A stretch of DNA of 64,000 nt, from the NCBI GenBank assembly GCA_951406725.2, contig OX597817.1, forward strand, positions 2,232,001 through 2,296,000. Reading direction: 5' to 3'. The notes beneath the pieces are model-generated. The model did not search any database, was not told the origin of the DNA, and saw only the letters and a list, made by a program, of their open reading frames with translations. Shown piece after piece: positions 1-14,029 of this stretch (positions are counted from its first letter, which is position 1; every line of letters starts with the position of its first letter). The position numbers and the translations under genes were made by a program. The stretch is from Octopus vulgaris (taxonomy: Eukaryota).

Positions 1-717
1 GCCTATAATGACATCTATCTATCTATCTAACTGTCTATCTATCATTGTGTGCTAATAAGTATGAAAAGCGATAAATTTTCAGAGTCATCTAAGAGACAGA
101 TAAACGGACCATGTTCCTTTGCTCTGAGCTCAAAGGTCCAGTTCGGCCGAGCCCAGTTTCTCCTCTTGTCCTACCATATCCAATGCAAACTAAACCAATC
201 AAATACTACGATCAATTGTACTCACTCTCTCTCTCTCTCTGTGTCTCTTTCTCTCTCTCTCTCTCTATCTCTATCTCTCACTCATTCTCACTTTCTCCCT
301 AACTCTCCAAATCTCGAAAAGTGTCATAAGGGACTATATACACCAATCCGTTCTCCAGTAAAGGAGAATAGTTGGGGCGAAATGCTACAAACTTTTCTGA
401 TTGCAAATAAATAAATATACAGTGAAATAAATAAACGAAAAAACTGATATTCTACTCTAACTGTCGACGGCAGCCTGATGTGCAGCACAGCAAGGACCGC
501 AAATAAAGAAGAAAAAATAGTGAATGAAATATATATGTGTATGTGTGTGTGTTTATGGTTCCATGAATGGTTGGACGTGTTTATGTGCACACACACACAG
601 ATTTATTAGATTGACTGCAACGGGTCTAGAATACTGTATACATTGATTAATATATCTATTCTATAAACAATATACGAGCGCTTATATTGCTGGATTCTTA
701 GACTGTATAAATATAAG

Positions 718-761
<44 letters not shown>

Positions 762-820
762 ACATAAGAAAATGGAGAAATACATCGTAATCAAATATCA
801 ATTATAGTTAACTTTCTGTG

Positions 821-888
<68 letters not shown>

Positions 889-966
889 CATACATACATA
901 AATACATACATACATGCATACATACATACTTATTGAGGCCCTGGGATATGGAACACACTGGCTAAA

Positions 967-1760
967 TATCAGGTCAAGTATGAAATTTGTAGAAAACAAA
1001 AAAAGTTTGCAAATGTTTTATAAATACAAGGAATAGTTTTATTCATCAACATATGCACCCATATTGCCAATACACTTTTGGTATTTCTGCGGTAGTTCGT
1101 CCAGCACGGAACTGTAGAAGCCTGGCAATCTAGAGTCAATAAAATCTTGGAAGGCCTGTTTTACAGCATTGTCGGAATTAATGGTTTAATGAAATCATAA
1201 TGGATCACACCTACGCCAGACCACCAAACACACACCATCAGCTTCTTTTGATAAATTTTGTTTTTTGGACTGATTTGGTGGCTCGACTTTGTCCAACCAT
1301 CGTTTGCGGTTGTTGTATTGAATCCATTTCTCATCACATGTTACAATTCGATTCAAAAATTATTCATTTTTGTGACGAGAAAATAGCATAATGCAGGCTT
1401 TCAAACGTTGCTGTTTCTGATTTTCATTGAGTTCATATGGAACCCACTTATCCAACTTTTTCACATTACCGATTTGAACTAGGTGAGTCAGCGAACAATA
1501 ACAATGATTCGCGGACACTTTGAGATGGATCTGACTCGATGGTGGCTTTCAATTCGTCATTATCCACTTTTGATTCTGGTCGACCGCGTTGCTCATTTGT
1601 GAGGTCAAAATTACCAGAACGAAATTTTGCCAAAGAACGTGATACTGTCCGCTGTGTAATAACATTAGAGTGGAATACTCCATTAATATTCCGATCTGTC
1701 TGTGATGCTGTATTTCCAAGAAAGAACTTTATAAAGCTTCTCAAAACTAGAAAGGAGAAA
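967..1760 (-). mobile_element. Mariner DNA transposon remnant, internally deleted transposase
   Basis: Minus-strand translation gives the HTH region (KFRSGNFDLTNEQRGRP), KLDKWVPYELNENQK (WVPHEL motif), FLNRIVTCDEKWIQY (first catalytic D), KLMVCVWWS and the C-terminus VKQAFQDFIDSRLPGFY...KYQKCIGNMGAYVDE*. The HDNA and YSPDLAP segments are missing. Confidence 0.85.
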
Positions 1761-1914
1761 ACTGATTCGAAGATTACAGATCCAATCCATCGCTGGAACT
1801 GTAAAAGTCTGTAAAACTTTCAAGAAGTTTATAATTTAAATATATATGTGCATGATTAGATATGCAAGTATGCGCATGAGCATACATACATAAAACAAAA
1901 TTTACAAATCTATA

Positions 1915-2061
1915 TACCTACCTACCTACCTACCTACCTACCTACCTACCTACCTACCTACCTACCTACCTACCTACCTACCTACCTACCTACCTACCTA
2001 CCTACCTACCTACCTACCTACCTACCTACCTACATACATACATACATATATACATACATAC
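1915..2061. repeat. (TACC)n grading into (TACA)n microsatellite
   Basis: Read directly from the sequence. Confidence 0.95.
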
Positions 2062-2172
2062 AAAAATAGCCTGTTGTTGATGTTGAAATTCCAATGAAGG
2101 AGCCTTGGGTCTAGGTTAGAAACCGGTTCTTTCTCTATTGGCAAGAATCTTAAAGTAAAACTGAATAATGAC
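2062..2172 (+). mobile_element. 5'-truncated 3' UTR of an RLE LINE inside (TACA)n
   Basis: ggagccttg...gttagaaaccggttc...cttaaagtaaa aligns by eye with the 3' UTRs of the RLE elements at 27730-27802 and 28843-28895. Flanked by TACA repeats. Confidence 0.65.
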
Positions 2173-2194
2173 ATACATAAATAATACATACATA

Positions 2195-2234
<40 letters not shown>

Positions 2235-3119
2235 TGTGTGTGTGCATGTGTATATATATATATCATATTCGCTTGAAGCTCATGATTCATTCTATATCAT
2301 TACACAGAGGTTTTTAGCTATATACAATCTTCCAGAAATATTGCATTTAGCGAGAAACTGATTAGAGGCAGAGTAAATTCACACACATGCACACACTTAC
2401 ACACACATATGTATGCATAAATGAGTCTATACACACATACATACATACATGAATAAATAAATACATACATGCATAAATAAATACATACATACATACATAC
2501 ATACATACATACATACATAAATACATACATACATACATACATATATATATCACCATTTACAGCAGTGTTTTATGTCTGCTTACAACACCGGGATGAGTTG
2601 GACGGTTGGTTAGGGTTCAAGACTGTTCTTAATTGGAAGACATAACCTGAATAAGAAATGCGTCGATCCGTGACGACACAACCGACCCATGCCAGCATGG
2701 AAAGCAGACTTTAAATGATGATGATAATAATTACACACACACACACACACACACACGGATACACGTACATATACATTTACATAAACATATACATATGTAT
2801 ATATACATATATACATATATACACACATACATATACGTTTATATGTGTGTATATGTGTGTGTATCTATGCATATATGTGTATATGTGTAGGTATGAAGGT
2901 ATGTATGTGTGTTTACATACACATACACTCACACTACTCTGACACCCACCATTTCCCGCGAAACAAACACACAGTTGGTTGTGGATTCCTTGAAAAAGAA
3001 TCGTGTTAAGTTCGCATAAATATAATATGTGAATGACGAAGCTGATAACCGGAGATAACCGGCTGTAAATTGCTGTACCTTTTGCAGAACACACACAAAT
3101 AATTATCAGCTAAGAACTT

Positions 3120-3470
3120 AATGGCAAATAACTTTGTTAGTTTCTCCACCTTAAACTTTAACATAAACACATTAAGAAATTCCTTGCTTCCAATACTTGC
3201 ACATTAAGCATACACGGTAAGTAGAATTTTCCCACTTGGAATCTAGTTGCCTTCAACGTCTCAATTAGTAAATTGTTTATGGAAGTCGCGCAGATTAGGT
3301 GTATGAAAATTTGAAGACTCTTCAATTAAAATAGTGCACCAAGTTGCAGTGACAGACATATGTGGAATGAATACATCTCCTTTACCGTGTTTAGAAAGTA
3401 CTGTAGTCTCGATAACATAGACTTTGATATTTGTATATTCAGCTTTGTTCAATTGTTGAGACGTGAAGAA
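3120..3470 (-). pseudogene. Degraded Helitron Pif1-like helicase C-terminal fragment
   Basis: VIETTVLSKHGKGDVFIPHM resembles the Helitron VIEATILTG..GEDVFIPRI motif. The downstream SINN...TLKA resembles the SINKSQGQTLK motif. Confidence 0.5.
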
Positions 3471-3484
3471 TGTAGTGTATCGTG

Positions 3485-3820
3485 TAGGAGGAACGTTCTC
3501 ATTCGGGCGAAATGCTTAGCGGTATTCCGTCTGCCGTTACGTTCTGAGTTCAAATTCAGCCGAGGTCGACTTTGCCTTTCATCCTTTCGGGGTCGCTGAA
3601 ATAAATACCAGTTACGCACTGGGGCCCATATAATCGACTTAGTCCGTTTGTCTGTCCTTGTTTGTCCCCTCTGTGTTTAGCCCCTTGGGGGTAGTAAAGA
3701 AATAGAAATAAGTATTTCGCCTGTCTTTACGTTCTGAGTCTAAATTCCGCTGAGGTCGACTTTGCCTTTCATCCTTTTGTGGTCGATAAATTAAGTACCA
3801 GTTGCGTACTGGGGTCGATC
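3485..3820 (+). mobile_element. SINE family A, two tandem partial copies
   Basis: Both contain gagt(t)c(t)aaattc.gc.gaggtcgactttgcctttcatccttt..ggtcg...aa.taccagtt, also seen at 19311, 29249 and 44884. The central domain resembles the Deu/Nin SINE domain (from memory). Confidence 0.8.
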
Positions 3821-3829
3821 TGCAGGTGT

Positions 3830-4385
3830 ATGTCTACAGGAGCTTTATGTCCATACATAGACAGCGCTATTAGATTGTGATCCGAGATCATCATCGGTGT
3901 CACTTTAACATTATGGAAAATGTCCGTATTGTTTATGAAGCAGAGATCCAGTATATTATTTGCCCTGGTTGGTTGAAGCACGATTTGCTCCATGAAAGAG
4001 GCATTAGTAAGGTGGAGCAGGGACTCTGCTTGTGCTTGCTGTTGGTTTGTCATTCCTGGGAGAACTTGGCCCCCAGGCCATCCCATGTTTGGGAAGTTAA
4101 AGTTACCCAAAAGGAATACATTGATATGTTGTTCCAGTTTGGTGAGAACTTCTATCCTTGCTTGGCAGTCTTCAAATTTGCCTGTGACTCGGAGCGTCTG
4201 GTAGGCGATATGTAGTATATATATATATATAACAGTATTAAGGTGTCTCATGTGTACAATGTGAGTGTCACACACTGAATTAGAATATGACAGCAGGACC
4301 TGGGGCGTGAGATCCTCTCGGATGTACACAGCAACTCCACCATGGCTCCTCTCCTTTCTATCTGAACGTATGACAACATTGTGGT
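3830..4385 (-). pseudogene. CR1/L2-type LINE apurinic-like endonuclease fragment
   Basis: ORF 3769-4329 contains YIREDL, LLGNFNFPNMGW, QPTRANNILDLCFIN and MISDHNLI, which are EEP endonuclease motifs. Confidence 0.85.
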
Positions 4386-6996
4386 ATATGTAGTTCTGCT
4401 TTCGGGATTATGACACAGCTTCTTTAGTCATAATACCCAGCCACTCACTATCATTTTCAAGCAAGCACTGCATGAATAATGCCACTCTGTTTGTATTACA
4501 CAGGTGGCCTTGGTCTCTTCACAAATCATCGGTGGATGTTTCGCCGTTAACACCATGGACCAGTATACAAAGGTTGCAATACTTGATGGCTTTGATAGAC
4601 AACATCAATATTGTCATTAGTATTCAGAACATTATAGAAATAAGAAAACTGAAGAAATAAAAGTTTAATTTAAGAACAAGATTCTTAAACATTACACTGT
4701 AAACGCAGTATAATAATATAAAATACTTCACTTTGAGAAGCAACAATCCAGTTTAAATACAGTAAAAACATTCTTTTCCTGACAACCAATTAGCACAAAT
4801 TAGCACGAATTCTCTTTACTATAATTAACAACACGTTTTTTTTTCTTCTGATAAATTGACAGTGTAAAATAACTGTTTAACTGGCTAATTTTTTTAATAC
4901 ATTTAACTGAATATGTAATGAAAATAAAAATTATCTGTACTACTTAAATTATTTCAATACTTAACGCTTAATTGCGATATATAAAAATAAATATAATGTT
5001 ATTTTGAGAATTTGACGTCGGTAATTGTTGCAAGTTCATTGACTTGTGATGCTGAAGGTCCAGGGACGAGTGACGCTGATGCGGAAAGGAGGGGTGAGCT
5101 TGTTGGTGTAAGGAGCAGTTAGATGGAGGGATCTCTGACAAAAGCTATGGAAGATTTTGCAGCGTTCGTAACGGTGAATGGGGTTTGCGGTTTTTTTCTT
5201 TTGTAAATTTGTTCAGCGTCTCTCATATATTAGCTTATGGATTCCTTTGCTCACAAAAGAATTCAGTTTTACTGATATGAAACTACCTGACGCTATGTGA
5301 ATTCATTTACTCTGTGAAAGAAATAAACGTATCTAGCGCCTGCTTCGCGGCCTCCATAAAAAAAACAACTACTTTAGAATTGTTTCTTTTTCCTTTTTAT
5401 CCTCAGTGTTGGAGCCCAATAAACTAGAAACTATTTCTTCATCCAAACGTATGGTAACAGGAACATTGATATCTATAGTAATCTAACGATAAAATTTTTC
5501 CTTTCTCATGCCTTACTTTGCCTGCATCTACCAAACCATTTTGCATAACGGCCTTGTTCGAAAACTTTCAAAACCAGCCTCATCATCCTTCTACGTAGAA
5601 ATTGCCGTCGGTTACATTGTTTCATCAATGAGTCTCAGCTATTAAACAAGCCTCAGTTTATAAACAATCCCATACAAGGAACAGCTTAAATTTGGCATCC
5701 TTATATTGAAAAACTTTCCAGAAATCTTCGGTTTTTCCGTTTTCATAGTTAACAAAGTGACATAGTTAACTAGGTGGGCTCAGCTGTTATCCTATACTAA
5801 TACCATGCCTAACCTTATAGCTTCAAGATTTCGATAATGTGATTGTAGGTTTTTAGAAAGACCTTGTAGGATAGGCGTGAGAGACCGGATCTGGCCGGTT
5901 GGAACAGAGAACACAGAATATTTTTGCATGTCATCCAGACATTTGAAAGAACACTGACAAATTTATAAGTTTTCTGAAGCACTTTGGTTGTCTCTATTTT
6001 TTAGTAATACATAATTTCACTTTATAAGTTACTTCTGCATTCCTGCCTACCAACAGAGATAATCTTTCTTTACTCTGCTTAAAACATGAAATAATAATTT
6101 CTGTCTAATTTGTCAATGTTGTCGACGGAAAGCACCAATAAAGCAGTTTAGTGTTATCGTAGTAATAGATATGATGAGGAGATAATTTCGGGTTTTTAAG
6201 TAGGTGTGAGAAAATTTTCCATAAATTCTTCTGCAGACGGCATATCAGCAGACTTTTATTCTCCTAAGATTACAGATGCACCTTACTTTGACGCGCTATG
6301 ACGCAACTTACCTTGTAAGCCATCAAGATGAAAGCGTGCAAAATTCTTGAGCATTTTTATTTCTGAAAAACCCACCGCCTTCTCGACCACAATGAGGCCC
6401 CAGATATATGTTCCATAATTAAGAACCATTCATGCAATATTTTGTCGATGTCTTCAATTCGTGCTTAATGCAACGTGTGGGGGTTCTTCCATTGTTCTAG
6501 ACTCACTGCCTCCAGGAATAATTCCTTTAATTTGCAGCTTTGTATCTTGATGTCATACAAAACATGTAAACAATCCGAAGTTACATTCATTCATGAAAAG
6601 CTCACGACATTTACTCTTCTTTAAAGTGAGAACATACATCCCTCTTCTACATAAGTATGTAATGTTTACATGTATGTATATATATATATATATATAAACC
6701 ATATATCCATCTTAACATACGTATGTACATGCATGTACAGGTAATTCATGGTTGTCATTGGTGTCATGTGATAAAAGCAACAAAAGTAGTCAGTGATGAG
6801 TGATGAGTGATGAGTGATGAGTGAAACAAAATATATTCAAAGCCGGGTCTGTGCGTGTCGCTATAGGGAAACTTTGAAGGGGACGCGGTATACTTTACAT
6901 CCACATAAATACATACATACATGTACACATACATACATACATACATACGTACATGCGTACGTACGTAGTACGTATATACACACCTACACACATACA

Positions 6997-7042
<46 letters not shown>

Positions 7043-7994
7043 TACATACAAACAAACATACATACATACATACATACATACATACATACATACATACATA
7101 CATACATACATACATACATACATACATACATACATACATACATACATACATGTATATATATATATATATATGTGTCTGCTCGAAGAATTTCACGTTTTTC
7201 CGTTTTATTTCTAGCCCCAAATGGCTGATTTTTTATATCTAGCACTATGTCTTTCTCCATTTCTAATTTAAGGGTAGAAATAAAGCAACCCAGCAAAACC
7301 CCACTCATCTTTACACACAGACGGACAGAACAACAGCAATCAAATAACGACAGTGGAGTGCACAACAAACATCAGCGGTCTGACTGTTGCCTGTACTCTT
7401 GACAAGAGATACCAGTTAGTCTTTTACACCCACCAGGCTCGTTCGTATTAGCCCGAGTTGCTGGTTAATTTTTTCGTTCCTTTAAGAATATTGTAGATTA
7501 AGAATATTTTCATAGACTGAAATTTAAATCCTAATCCTTACAGAAACTTATTGTTTCAAGAAAAACATTGAATTTGAACTACTTTTAATTTTTAGGATTA
7601 TAGATAACTGCTCGGGCTGTAACGTGTGAGCCCGAATCAGGAGCGTGCGAACGATGTCGGGAGAACGTTCGCTACGAATGATATTTTTGACACAGGGCAG
7701 CCCTTAGACGATTGCCAGACGCTGAACGAAAAGAAATGTACTGAGACCGAGCTTAATAAAAGGTGCCCGAGGGATTTGCTGCAATTACATAGTTGAAGTC
7801 AGTGTTGGCAGAAATGAAATCAGCTTCCAAATACACGTTCACTTTACGAAATTTATACTCGGGCTGCGCTTGAAAGGCCCAAGTGCCTGAGTCGCCACTG
7901 GTATATATATATATATGTATGTATATTCATATAGATATATATGTTAAAACTTACTGTTAACAAAAGTCGGAATGCGTGGCGTTCAGTATATATA

Positions 7995-8209
7995 CAGGGT
8001 GATTCAAAAGTCTCTATGTATCAGCAACAACAGGTATCACCAGATGTGCTCTTACGAGTTCACAATGAGTTGGGTAAACGTATTGCAATGTGTATTCGAA
8101 ACAATGGTAACCATACGGAGACTCTTAAATAAAACAATACTGTTCTTGTAAACTGTTTTTTATTAAAAAATAAATTGTTCCTATAAGTGGCGACTTTTGG
8201 ATAACCCTG
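7995..8209 (+). mobile_element. Non-autonomous Tc1/mariner-type element (215 bp) retaining the transposase C-terminus
   Basis: Left TIR cagggtgattcaaaagtc matches the reverse complement of the right end, cagggttatccaaaagtc. TA precedes it. The interior encodes SPDVLLRVHNELGKRIAMCIRNNGNHTETLK*. Confidence 0.8.
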
Positions 8210-8263
8210 TGTATATACATATACATACACATATAGATGCATATACATACATACATGCATACA

Positions 8264-8348
<85 letters not shown>

Positions 8349-8350
<2 letters not shown>

Positions 8351-8684
8351 AATGTGAGGATAAAATTCTTTTCGAAAAAAAATATTTTCTCGAAAAAAAA
8401 TTTTATCAATGGCCAGCATATTAAAAAATACCTTTAGCGGTTAAATTTATAAACAATTCATAAATGAGGGCAAAGGAAAACATTTCTAATGCCAAATATG
8501 CCGAAAAATTGGACATATTGTCCATTAACCATATAATTTTTTCACAATACGCACGCTACTCGAAAAGAGGTCGACAGATATTTCTAAAAAATTCCATTAT
8601 TACCATATGGTTAATGGACAATATGTCCAATTTTTCGGCATATTTGGCATTAGAAATTCTTTCCTTTGCCCTCATTTATGAAAA

Positions 8685-8685
<1 letters not shown>
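8349..8685. repeat. (TA)n-embedded element with a ~76 bp inverted repeat
   Basis: 8457-8532 (ttcataaatgagggcaaagg...ccattaaccatat) is a near-perfect reverse complement of ~8604-8681, with a ~70 bp spacer. Long TA tracts flank both sides. Confidence 0.9.
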
Positions 8686-8736
<51 letters not shown>

Positions 8737-8738
<2 letters not shown>

Positions 8739-9112
8739 TCCTTACTCTTTTACTCTTTTACTTGTTTCAGTCATTTGACTGTGGCCATGATGGAGCACCG
8801 CCTTTAGTCGAGCAAATCGACCCCCAGGACTTATTCTTTGTAAGCCTAGTACTTATTCTATCGGTCACTTTTGCCGAACCGCTAAGTTACGGGGACGTAA
8901 ACACACCAGCATCGGTTGTCAAGCGATGTTGGGGGGATAAACCCAGACACACAAACATATACATACACAAACACATATATATATACATTTATACGACGTG
9001 CTTCTTTCAGTTTCCGTCTACCAAATCCCGAGGTTATAGTAGAAGGCACTTGTTGCCCAAGGTGCCTCGCAGTGGGACTGAACCCGGAATCATATGGTTC
9101 GTAAGCAAGCTC
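8737..9112 (-). mobile_element. SINE family B (tRNA-like head, internal microsatellite, gtaaaaga tail)
   Basis: Reverse complement matches the copy at 36103-36527. Confidence 0.85.
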
Positions 9113-9151
9113 CATGCATACATACATATATATATATGTGTATATATATAA

Positions 9152-9214
<63 letters not shown>

Positions 9215-9218
<4 letters not shown>

Positions 9219-9439
9219 GAGTAAACACATAAATGTGAAACAAGGTCGAAAAAAGAGTACTCAAATACCAGAGGTAGAGTAATATGCTTTATTTTAAGCA
9301 GCAGAAAATTCAACAAAACCTGTTACTTGAGTTTCCCGTTACCGTTCGTCGGACAGTTTTTGCTAGAAAAAACTGTCCGACAAACGGCAACGGGAAACTC
9401 AGAGTAACAGGTTTTGTTGAATTTTCTGCTGCTTTAAAT

Positions 9440-9443
<4 letters not shown>
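9215..9443. mobile_element. PLE terminal-repeat-like fold-back in (TA)n with two hammerhead-like motifs
   Basis: Arms ~9287-9361 and ~9367-9441 are reverse complements around a ~5 nt loop. Each has the layout ctgt-CCGAC(G/A)A-acgg(t/c)aacgg-GAAA-ctc..g-TA-acag. Confidence 0.7.
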
Positions 9444-9497
<54 letters not shown>

Positions 9498-9690
9498 TAA
9501 ATATATACATATATACATATATATATATATATGTACATACATACACGATATATATATTTTTTATATATACATCCGTATTGGCAAGCACAAACACTGGTAA
9601 GTTGTTACAAACAGACACGAGTATGTGTGTGATGAATAAAGAGCTCATGCAAGTACATATACGGGCGTGTCGTTTATCCTCCCTCGCTCG

Positions 9691-9733
<43 letters not shown>

Positions 9734-10899
9734 GAGGTACGCATGCACAGACACACCATAAGCATACATACATACATGCATGCGATCACACACGTTAACC
9801 TTTATCAACAGTAACTATGTAGTTGTTCTTGATGTTAAACACCAAACTATAACCATTTCCTTTCGCTTGCTCAAATACCATGTCATGTGGAATGCATATG
9901 TGATGATAGGGACACCGGATTATGATGTATACAGGTTAACACATCCTTGTATTTGGTTGATGATGATGAGGGATGAAGATAATAGTGCTGGCGACCATGA
10001 TGGTGAAGGTGATAGTAAAGATGAGGATTTAAACGACGACGTTGATGATGATGATGATGACGGCGACGAAGATGATTATGATGTCCATGATGGTTGTTAA
10101 GGTAATGCTGATAATGATGTTCATGCCTACGAATACGAAATTACTGGGGATTTGTTTACACGTCTTCCCATCCGCAGTTATTTCCCAAGTGGAGTAGAAA
10201 AATGAATCTAAGGTTATCTCCTACATCATGACACGAACACGAGCCAAAATAATAGATATATAATTACATGAAATAATACTTGGTATGTATTAGGTTTAAA
10301 ATGCTATGTCTGTTATTCTTATTTACTTGTCTTTCCTTCATCACCCTCTTCTTCTTTTCAATGTTTGTAATAAATACTTTGTTAAATTGGCACGAACTCT
10401 CAGGCACACGCGCACACACGAATATACGTACATACATACATACATATGTACATACATAGAAATGCATATTTAATTACACATTCATACACACACATGTACA
10501 CAATCATGCACGCACACAGCCACACACGTGTATATATTTGGAAATTAGTGTGCTGTAGAAGGCTTCGATAACACCAATAAGAAAGCCAATGAAATATTAC
10601 CATACCTAATCTTTCGGGTAAAATACACCTTTGCAATGATGCGAAGAGAACAACGAAAGAGACAGAGAAGAAGGGGGAAAGAAAGCTAAAAAGAAAGAGG
10701 AAACGAAAGAGAACATAGGTTGGCATGCTGGTACCATGCGATTGATACACTACTTGTGAAGCAAATTGGATCAGTAAACTAAATCTCATGGGACTGTGAA
10801 ATGTATGAAGAATTTGTTACAAATACTATGATACGCACTCTAAAGAAAGGTTTCCACTAAAATGTTGCCGGTTAATTACTGATTGTGCTTTTTGAACAA

Positions 10900-11560
10900 A
10901 AAATGGTTTCGTTGATCCAAAGGTTACTTCAGAGACGGTCTATGGATTTCATGGCGAGGCAACGTTTCTGCATTTGCCAATGTTTTTTGAATCATAATGC
11001 GCATGTGCAGATGATTCACAATGCCGATGTAACAATTACCCTATTTGGCGCACTGGACATAATACACTGCATAACTTCGTAGGCACATGGCCCTGTTACA
11101 GATAAGGCAGTTGGCCATCTTGCATATAATTCTGCTATTTTTAGTTACGATTTCCATTGTAAATATCCTGTGTGGGTTACCTGTTTATCTAGTCTATCCC
11201 TGCAGAACAACATGTGCATAGCAGTAGTAATTCTACGTTTCAATGAAATAAGGTAACTTTAGGAAACTGTTGCAGGAAGATTTCTATCAGTCTCCGGCAC
11301 AAGAGGCAACTGGTAACACATGTTGTTTTTCGCTGGTATGCATGGTATGCATGAGTCGATCTGCCGTGTCACTGCCTCTGTCGTAACGACAGGTATATCC
11401 GTTTCGTACCCGGACTTAGATCTGATAATAAGGGTTGAGTTTTAGTGGGCAAGCAGAATTTGCACACGAGTTTCTTGTAGAAATTGCTGCTGATAATAAC
11501 CCCCTCTCTGATTCTTAGATTGAAGTGAGATGAGGAATCCGTGCAGCTGGTGTGGGCAAA
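10900..11560 (-). pseudogene. Old Penelope-like element remnant (GIY-YIG region)
   Basis: The minus strand gives CKMANCLICN followed by AVYYVQCAK*GNCYIG (11023-11070), a Cys-rich linker plus a GIY-YIG-like motif. Confidence 0.5.
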
Positions 11561-11642
11561 GCTGAATTTTGTATGTCATATACTTTTGGAATAATGTATG
11601 ATATTTTCCATGGAGAGAGAGAAATGGAGTGAGAGAGATGGA

Positions 11643-11684
<42 letters not shown>

Positions 11685-13117
11685 GCCCGAGACGACGAGC
11701 TCAACTTTAAAGTAAGCCTGTTGTATTTGAGTAATTATTTTTTATGGGAAATCTTGTAAAGATTAGGTGTATTGCCCACTAATGCTCTCCCCACCTTTAG
11801 AATTACATTAAACGTATGCATAATTCTGTACACGCTAGTTCAATGAGAAAATAGTCTAGCTGATTGAGAGATTAAATATTAATCTTCTACACCGACAGAT
11901 ATCTATTTACTTTACATTTCCAATATTTTCCTATTGATGTCAGTTTCGATCATCTGCAGACAACTTATTCCTAGATCTGTGCTTAGAAGTAGACCAGATT
12001 CTAACTGGGTATCTTTATATCCAAAATAATTCTGCAATTAACGCATAGTTAGTACAGACATTGTGCTCGTTAGCTTTAAAAATAAAATCTCCGAGCTTGA
12101 ATCCATCCAACTTGATCATATATACATAATAATGAATAAACCACCTGATTTCGATTAAACGTGATTCCGATCGAAATGTAGTGTAAATGCTAATGTTAAA
12201 GAAAACCAAAATGACGTTAATTGTCCGAAAAATTGCAATTGTATCCGCAAAATTTCAATCTAACAAACAAGGGAGACAATTTCAGATATGTTCTCTGATG
12301 CTAGACCTCATCAGAAAAAATTAAAGTTTATAAAGTAACCATTCAACAATCTAATTCAAACCACGATATTCTCTGTTTAAATCCGATATTGATTACAGGA
12401 CAGTCTATGCTGTTACTGGTAAGATCTAATAGCATTAAAACATGATAACTATTGCTCCCTGTACTTGATAGAAAATAGCCATTGACTAATATTGTGTATT
12501 CGACACTGCGTTGATATTTCTAATTGGCACTTTTAATGCTCACAGCGTTAGATATGTTATTATAAATTAAATATTGTTTTATCATGTAAAACGACATCCC
12601 TCAGTCATATACTTCCTTATTGCCTTAAGTTGGTTTACTACTAGCACCATAGTGACACCACACGAGACTGGAGCTTTTTGTTTGCTTCTCTTGTATTGTT
12701 AGCGTCCTCAGGGTTTTCATTAACTGTTGTGAGGTCTCATGGGCTAAAACGGGAAGTTTTATTAAGATATTACAGAAGAATTTATCATCTGTCTTAAATG
12801 GTTTCAAAACAAAATGGATATACATGCAAACATACATACACATATATGTACACACACACATATATATATATATGCATATAAAATATAAATATTTAATACA
12901 CAAACATATGCATGCGCGCACGCATACATGTAAAATATGAATATACATACTTACATAAATAGATATGTCTGTATGTCTGAGTATGCATGTGTATGTATGT
13001 ATGTATGTATGTATGTATGTATGTATGTATGTATGTATGTATGTATGTATGCATGTATGTATGTGTATATGTATGTATGAATGTATGTGTGCATGTATGT
13101 ATGTATATACGTATGTA

Positions 13118-13160
<43 letters not shown>

Positions 13161-13202
13161 ATTATCTATCTATCTGTCTGTCTGTCTATTTATTTATCCT
13201 AT

Positions 13203-13262
<60 letters not shown>

Positions 13263-14029
13263 TATATACCTTTGTGTCTGAGTGAGTATATCTGTGTTTG
13301 TTCGTATCTACGAATATATATGCATATATGTATGTGTGTGTATACATACATACACACGTACACACATACATACATACATACATACATACATACATACATA
13401 CATACACACATACATACATACATACATACATACATACATACATACATACATACATACATACATACATACATACACCCTGCCGCATATAGATAAATAGAAA
13501 GGACAGAAATAGATTTTTTTTAAAAAGCGGCAGTTAGTCTCAAAGACAGCTCTGTTGATTAAAAAGCGTAGAAATAACATTGCAATAAATAAAACGAAAG
13601 ATATTGAATATTGAATACACTTGGTTGATATTAAAGTATATTGTATTTGTGTAAGCATGTATGTATGTGTGTACGTATGTATGTATGTATGTATGTATGT
13701 ATGTATGTATGTATGTATGTATGTATGTATGTATGTATGTATGTATGTATGTGTGAATAGATAAGTCTGTAGTTTCTCTTGCAGTATGTGCGACTCTAAC
13801 TTTAATAAGAACGCAACTTGGCATTATATAACACACATACGCGCACAAATATATACATGCTTATATATTATACACACGCAGATTGAATGCGCGATCGTAT
13901 TTATAAATCAATTTTCTTTTTCCGTAGTAAGAAAAAATTGTAGAGGTATGGCAACATTAGTGATACATATCCAATATACAGATTAGATATTGATTCGAAG
14001 TAACTCATCTACAAATTATATTGTATAGA

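Noticed and set aside
6200-6600. Possible Tc1-like transposase remnant
   Set aside because: Only vague motif resemblance and no TIR.
6764-7368. Long ORFs such as [14 protein letters not shown] and HTHTHT (here and throughout)
   Set aside because: These are translations of TATG, TA and CA microsatellites, which lack stop codons. They are not genes.
7373-7900. Possible hAT-like non-autonomous element (cagcgg... / ...gccactg, repeated ctcgggc)
   Set aside because: The terminal match is poor and there is no 8 bp TSD.
9780-10100. ORF with an Asp-rich tail
   Set aside because: A degenerate (GAT)n microsatellite with no domain or splice support.
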